This document shows, in pieces, positions 56,811 through 64,000 of a stretch of 64,000 nucleotides of DNA. Numbering within the stretch: the first letter of the stretch is position 1; each line of letters starts with the position of its first letter. Origin of the DNA: the human T2T-CHM13v2.0 reference genome, Homo sapiens; the NCBI RefSeq assembly GCF_009914755.1, contig NC_060930.1. The stretch is one strand, 5' to 3'. Position numbers and translations under genes: made by a program. The notes below the pieces were generated by a model. That model was not told the origin of the DNA. It searched no databases and saw nothing but the letters and a program-made list of their open reading frames with translations.

Positions 56811-59800
56811 GTTCAAATGCCTTCACAAGTGAGCACGAAAATTGTGTATATAGCAATTTAAGTGTATGTATAAGAAAATAAATATTCCATCCAAAGTCAA
56901 CTACATTGAGAATATTTTTCAATGTGCTACTTTTGCCACCCCTTTGCCCAACTTGCACCCCTGGAAAACACATCTGTGTGCTGAATTGAGATTGACAGGT
57001 TGAATTTCTGGTGGATGACATCATAGTGCAAAAATCTTAAGGGTTTCCTTTTGTTGACACATGAAGCAGAAACGGCACACAAAAGTATTTCTTGCTGGAT
57101 ATGGCCATGTCCTTTACACATTATAGCTAGTCCCAAGTCGTTATTAATTATACACCTTCAGTCATTTCCTGATTCAGTCAATTTTTATTGGGCACCTAAT
57201 AGGTGACAGCACTTGCCTCAGCATTGAAAAGACAAAATCGAATAAGACAAATAGCCCATGGTTTAGAGGAATATGTTTTGAAATTATTCTGATGGCCAGA
57301 ATGGCATCAAAATATTCCTTTAAATCCAAAGATAAACCTGATTTTTCACCGTCCAAGTGCTGGGGAAATAGATCTCTAGAATATATTTTGAGATGCTATT
57401 CCCCGGTCTCCCATATTCAAGTACCAATACAGAGGACAGGCCGACATCGGAAGCTCTGAAACTCTTTGAAGCAGACATTACCTCATGCTCCATGGCTTTC
57501 TTGTTCAGGATGGCTCCAAGAGAAATGGGGCTTCCAGGACATTCCATCCTGCCAGCAGTTCGGTGATATATTTAAAATGGCCCATTTCTGGGGCTCTCTA
57601 ATGAATGACATTTATAGGGTGTCCTTCTCTTTCTTGAATCAAAAGATACAGAGATTTGTGTTATCTTATACTCCACCAGCCCTTGTTTAGTGTTTATATG
57701 GGCAAAATCTTGGGCAAGTCACTCAATTCCATTAGTGCACTCACTATTTCGCTACTGAAATGCAAACTCCCTTGGGTAATTCTAGGCAATTTCTTTACCC
57801 AGAGATCATCTCTGGCCACAGAGCAGCTCAGCTGCAACCCACGCTGTGTGCGCTGCATAATACTGTAACATTTTCAGAGTCAGGGAAGATTTATTCAGTG
57901 ATCAACTGCTTCAGCATCCTGAATCACTCCAGAGACAGTCTGTTAAAGAGGGGACCTTGAGGGAACTGAAAATGTAAGCAAGAAGTGAAATAATCCTCTC
58001 TTTCTCTTTTAACCCCTTAAGCCCCTATAAGGAAATAACATTAGCTTTTTATATGTGTAGGGAAAAATGACTAGAAGTAAATCACTCAAAATACTGAGAG
58101 TGCTTATCTGTAAAGGTGAAATTAGAAGTGATTTTTAGTTTCTTCTCTTTGATAATTTATATTTTCTACAATATACTTTAATTCAGTAGCAAGAAAAATA
58201 TTTTAAGATGCATAGCTAGATATTATTCTTCAAAAAGTACTTTCAAGGAAAAAAAAAATACTATAGCTGTCTCAAGAACTAGGTCAGAATTTGGCTATTC
58301 ACCCAAAAAGATTGAGGGGTTAAATATATCCAGGAAGTAAAGGCCTACAGAGTTTTTAATATCTGAAATCAATACAAGCCAGGAATTGCCAATATTTTTC
58401 ATTTCAATTTAACACTACCCACTAGGCAAAGCTGTTCAACTTATCCCAATTTGCTTAGAAATTCAGAACTACAGATGTCCCAGGAATGCGAAAAAAAAAA
58501 AAACTAGAGTGTCATGTACACAATTCACTAAGACCCTCCAAAGTGAATATCTAATCTTCCCTGTGAACTCCGCAGTAGAAACTGCAGCCTTGTTGCTAAC
58601 TGAATAAAACCCAAAGAGAAGATGATAGAATTCTCTATACACGCTACTCTGTCCATTTTTGGAACACAGGTAGTTTCATGGAAGAAGGAAGGTGCCAGCC
58701 ACAACTTGGATGATCACTGAACTCAATATCAAGGTGAGATAGATCTTCCAGAGGTACAGATACATCTTTCCTCTAATGCTCTACAGTCAGGCTGTGTCCG
58801 TGTGCACAACCACTTTGATAGAATTCGGCTTTTAAGAGAAAACAAATTTACTCAGTAAGCCAGCTGAGGCATTTGTTTACTTGATGGCAGAATTTTTAAC
58901 CTTTTTGTCATTTAACCTCACATGTACACAGCCAAGAGCAAAATGCCTGAGAAAGTGTAGCTTAGAATAAACACCAGGGAAACAACCACTAATAGACCAG
59001 GTGGGCAGATGGCAAGCAGAGGATATTCTGGACAAAGGCCACCCAATTGCCCAATTGACTAAGGGGTGGGGTGGATTTCAGATGGTGATAAACCCTGTAA
59101 ATGACAGATAGAGTCAGACAAACATGCATATGAAAAACCACTAGATATCAAATAACAGCCATGTCAAGAAACAATCATTCATGAATTGTGGATTGTGTTT
59201 AAATGTTTAATATGAACATTGATCATTTGTTACTTTAAGTTAAGAAAAAAGGTCTCATCATAAGAAAACATTGATTGAGCCTGGATCCCTTTTGTGAACT
59301 GCAATACGTATTAAATTTAAACCTACTTATGGAAATTCAAATTAATTATCATTTTCATGACATAATAAAAGCAGAAATAACTAAATAGCTTTCACTATAT
59401 AGAAAAAAACACTCCATTTAGTTAATCTGCCAGTTCTTTTTTTACTAGGTGAACATTAGCTAGTGTTTGGTCTTTAATTGTGATGTGGATAATCAACTCA
59501 TCCAGAAAGTTAAAAATATCAATGTCAAAGCTTAATTTTTTCTGTCAGTAGTTGCGTGAAAGAAAAATAAAAGAAAGATTTGAAATATTTTTTAAAAAAA
59601 GAACCAGGCAGACAGACAAGGGGAGAGATCACCATTTTCATAGAATTATTTTACTTTGACAGAATATACACTTTTCTCAGTGCAATTTGCTCTTTAACCA
59701 TCATGTGACCCTCCCTTTCTGTGATGAGCATACTGTGCCGTATCTCCTGATCTCGACAGATGCATCAAGGACGACACTCAAAAATCAATGTGCCCTCTGA

Positions 59801-61680
59801 AATAGCATGAAATGAAGATTTTAAAGCTAGATACTTACATTTATGTGGTTTTAGATTTTTTAAATCCCTTTAAAGGAATGTTTCACCAATGTTATCAGAT
59901 TGGACATTATTTTCTGTTTTTCTAATGATGTCCCATAATGAATTTGAATACCAATTCAAGATTTTTATTTTTAAAAAAATAAAGAGAAGAAAAAAACAGA
60001 AAAAAGAAAGGGAAGTATTACTTAAGAAAAATGCACACAGAAAACAGGCTCCCTACCATTCTACCATTCCAACTTCTATCAAGTAGTAACATTGAAATAT
60101 CTGCCAGGATAATCTACACCTGTCTCTTGAATCACTGATGAGAATAAGCACTCTCTCTCTCTCTCTCCCCGCCCCCCCGCCTCTCTCACACCCATATTTA
60201 TCATTTTCATGACATAATAAAAGCAGAAATAACTAAATAGCTTTAACATACACACACTACACATACACAAAAACAACTGAGAGATATCGCCATGAACAAT
60301 CCCACAGGCTATGCATTTATTCATTTCTAAATGCTATATAATTTCATTCTAAGGACAATTAAATATGTATTTGCATTAATGAATATATGCTGTTATGTAA
60401 TGTATACAAGCCAGAGAAACTCTGCAGAGGTTTGTAGCCAAATGATTTGATTCTATCAAATCAGATCAAACCTATCCCCTGAAAGACACTCATGATTTTC
60501 TAGATTTTCTTTACAAAATTCCTATTAATTAGGATGTTAATGAGGTATTTCCCTTGTTTGTTTCTTAATTCTTATCCAAAACTAGAATTGATTTTGCATA
60601 CACTTATTTCTTATATTTACTAAGGTGTGATTCCAGCTTCTGTATAAGCATGTTAATAAATAATACATCCTTTTGTCAGCTTTAGCAAATCTCTATAGTA
60701 TACAATATTTCCTCTTCTTTCCATTAGTCCGTTTGGCAACCATTTCATCCAGCAGCGACACACAGTCAAGTGAAACTATCCTAAGCATTGTCCTTATCCA
60801 AGACGCATTGCAGCATTTCACTGTGAGGGTGGCAGCACTGGGTGACCTGTGGCATAGCCCTCAGTGAAGTGAAAACCATTTCACTAGCTGTCTTTTCAAC
60901 TATGACAGGCCTTAGTCAAAAAACCAGAGAGTGTGACCTGCCAATCACAGGAGTGAGGGGCCCGAGGGCCATATGTCACCCGATTCTACAGCCTCTTCTG
61001 ACTTGCAGTATAAGTTAATTCCCAGTCAGCAGGCTTCTCTCACCCAAGCTTTGCAGAAACAAGAGCTTTTCCATCCACACTTGTAACTTGTTTGGTCATG
61101 GTGTTGGGTGCCTTCAATGTGAAAATTATTTCCCTTGTGGTATCTGTCATTGGTTGAGCTATGAGATTATTGGTCTGCTGGATCCACAATTCCCCAGAAA
61201 AGATCACTGATCCAAACTGAGAAAGTAGCAGAAACTGTGTGTGGCACTAGTAGAGTTTTGTCCATCACCACACTCCAGGAAAGGTGACCTTGGAGCAGGG
61301 GCTGCATTTCTCCTTGAAAGCAAATCAGTCTGTTAAGTTGCTAAGTCACAACTCAGAGTACCACAGCCTCTTGTCATCACCATTATAGCTGCCAGCTCCA
61401 AGCCTCAAATGAGAAAATGAGGTTAAAATACTTAAATGTAAAAAGTACTATACACATGTTATTATTGTCTTTACTACTAACAATAATAGTATTGGACTCT
61501 TCACTATTGCAAACTGGTACGTGGTATAGTTTTTACAAACTGACCTAAGGATGAAAGTGCTTGGGTTTAGAGAGAACTTTGGCCTTGACAGCCCGAGGAA
61601 TTTCGAGACAGCTATTCCCCATGTGACCTAATATTGTCCCCTACACTCATGTTTCAGTCTTACTCTCTAAAACAGTGTGT

Positions 61681-63253
61681 TGCCCTCTCCCTCTCCCTCT
61701 CCCTCTCCCTCTCCCTCTCGGTCTCCCTCTCCCCACAGTCTCCCTCTCCCTCTCTTTCCACCGTCTCCCTCTGATGCTGAGCCGAAGCTGGACTGTACTG
61801 CTGCCATCTCGGCTCACTGCAACCTCCCTGCCTGATTCTCCTGCCTCAGCCTGCCGAGTGCCTGCGATTGCAGGTGTGCGCCATCACGCCTGACTGGTTT
61901 TCGTATTTTTCTGGTGGAGACGGGGTTTCGCTGTGTTGGCCGGGCTGGTCTCCAGCTCCTAACCGTGAGTGATCCGCCAGCCTCGGCCTCCGGAGGTGCC
62001 GGGATGGCAGATGGTGTCTGGTTCACTCAGTGCTCAATGGTGCCCAGGCTGGAGTGCAGTGGCATGATCTCGGCTCGCTACAACCTCCACCTCCCAGCCG
62101 CCTGCCTTGGCCTCCCAAAGTGCCGAGAGTGCAGCCTCTGCCCGGCCGCCACCCCATCTGGGAAGTGAGGAGCGTCTCTGCCTGGCCGCCTATCGTCTGG
62201 GACGTGAGGAGCCCCTCTGCCTGGCTGTCCAATCTGGAAAGTGAGGAGCGTCTCTGCCCGGCCGCCATCCCATCTAGGAAGTGAGGAGCGTCTCTGCCCG
62301 GCCGCCCATCGTCTGAGATGTGGGGAGCGCCTTTGCCCCACCACCCCGTCTGGGATGTGAGGAGCGCCTCTGCCCGGCCGCGACCCCGTCTGGGAGGTGA
62401 GGAGCATCTCTGCCCAGCCACCCTGTCTGAGAAGGGAGGAGACCCTCCGCCTGGCAATCACCCCGTCTGAGAAGTGAGGAGCCCCTCCGCCCGGCAGCTG
62501 CCCCGTCTGAGAAGTGAGGAGCCCCTCCGCCCGGCAGCCACCCCCTCTGGGAAGTGAGGAGCGTCTCCGCCCGGTAGCCACCCCGTCTGGGAGGGAGGTG
62601 GGGGTCAGCCCCCGCCAGGCCAGCCGCCCCGTCCGGGAGGTGAGGGGCGCCTCTGCCCGGCCGCCCCTACTGGGAAGTGAGGAGCCCCTCTGCCCGGCCA
62701 CCACCCCGTCTGGGAGGTGTACCCAACAGCTCATTGAGAACGGGCCATGATGACAATGGCGGTTTTGTGGAATAGAAAGGGGGGAAAGGTGGGGAAAAGA
62801 TTGAGAAATCGGATGGTTGCCGTGTCTGTGTGGAAAGAAGTAGACATGGGAGACTTTTCATTTTGTTCTGTACTAAGAAAAATTCTTCTGCCTTGGGATC
62901 CTGTTGATCTGTGACCTTACCCCCAACCCTGTGCTCTCTGAAACATGTGCTGTGTCCACTCAGGGTTAAATGGATTAAGGGCGGTGCAAGATGTGCTTTG
63001 TTAAACAGATGCTTGAAGGCAGCATGCTCGTTAAGAGTCATCACCACTCCCTAATCTCAAGTACCCAGGGACACAAACACTGCGGAAGGCCGCAGGGTCC
63101 TCTGCCTAGGAAAACCAGAGACCTTTGTTCACTTGTTTATCTGCTGACCTTCCCTCCACTATTGCCCTATGACCCTGCCAAATCCCCCTCTGTGAGAAAC
63201 ACCCAAGAATGATCAATAAAAAAAAAAAAAAAGGTTAAAATGGAAAAAAAAAA
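61681..63253 (+). mobile_element. Full-length SVA retrotransposon (SVA_D-like)
   Basis: (CCCTCT)n head, antisense Alu-like region, GC-rich VNTR (~62140-62715), SINE-R, AATAAA at 63215, A-tail; 12-bp TSD aaaacagtgtgt (61669-61680 / 63254-63265). Confidence 0.97.
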
Positions 63254-63422
63254 AAAACAGTGTGTCAGAACTCCCTTGAAGGCTTGTCAAAACACATTGC
63301 TGGGCTCCACCAAAGGAGTTTCTGATTCAGTAGATCCAGGGTCAGGCCTGAGAATTGCATTTCTGATAAGGTTCTGAATGATCCTGGCATTGCTCATCTG
63401 AGCCCACTCTAAGAATCATGGC
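63254..63422. mobile_element. MER5A, interrupted near its end by the SVA (remainder at ~61655-61680)
   Basis: 'cagaactcccttgaaggcttgtcaaaacacattgctgggctccacc...gtttctgattcagtag...gcctgagaattgcatttct'. Confidence 0.8.
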
Positions 63423-64000
63423 TATAAAGAAAGGGAGCTTCATTTAGAATATTAAAAGTGGTTTAGGAGAAGTAAAAATAAATTCATTACATGGAGAAAA
63501 TGTGGGTGATGAGTAGAGGGGACACTGAATGGTTGTATTAAAACATTCCCAGGTTGTCATATATACAGCTCATCAAGTTTTACCTCATTTAGAGGTGAGT
63601 TAACTGAGGCTCCAATGATTGGGTCATTTTCCCAGTGTCATGGGCTGGCCCATCAATAATAGAACTAAAACTAAAGTTCAGTTCTTGTCTATTCCAACTG
63701 GATGCTTTCCAGTACAAAGCATTGCCAACAGTTAGAACACAGAGACTTCCTATCTGAGGGAAAGGATTTTCACTATTTTTGACAGGAAAAGAGATCTCAT
63801 ATATGATCTCTTTAAGGAAAAATAGTGCTCAGATAACCCACTCTAGTCACTTGCACTGAAACAAGACAGAAGAGGAAGCATCATGAGACAAAATACAATT
63901 CAATGACGCACACATAGGTTTTCGAGGAACGGCAAATTTACTAACCAGGTTTGGTGACTTCATCGTTGACCTGGCATTGATTTTTAAACTCTCTACTGGG

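Noticed and set aside
61675-63212. Multiple long ORFs up to 218 aa, and a repeat array superficially like CRISPR
   Set aside because: All arise from the GC-rich SVA VNTR and SINE-R; there are no unique spacers or cas genes.

Overview
Human (hominid) non-coding genomic DNA, repeat-rich, with no intact protein-coding gene. The MADE1 hairpin at 44963-45050 matches my recollection of the annotated MIR548AI precursor, which would place the window on chr6q16 in the intergenic interval near FBXL4/POU3F2 and FAXC (from memory, not verified). Best-supported elements: a 5'-truncated processed pseudogene of the short C-terminal isoform of DIAPH2 (~2799-3223), a near-consensus AluYd8 (48470), a full-length SVA_D-like element with TSDs nested in a MER5A (61681-63253), 10 further Alus, L1/L2/MIR fragments, MaLR/ERVL solo LTRs and Charlie-type DNA transposons. 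Signals not explained by repeats: (i) a diverged ~150-bp paralogous pair 7.7 kb apart that conserves nuclear-receptor, SMAD and GFI1-like motifs; (ii) a CpG/GC-box core at 44.34-44.55 kb with outward-facing splice donors on both strands, ~400 bp upstream of the miRNA hairpin, plus candidate exons on both strands; (iii) a perfect 47-bp dispersed duplicate; (iv) an extended miR-34/449-complementary site. Repeat subfamily calls and boundaries are by eye and approximate.
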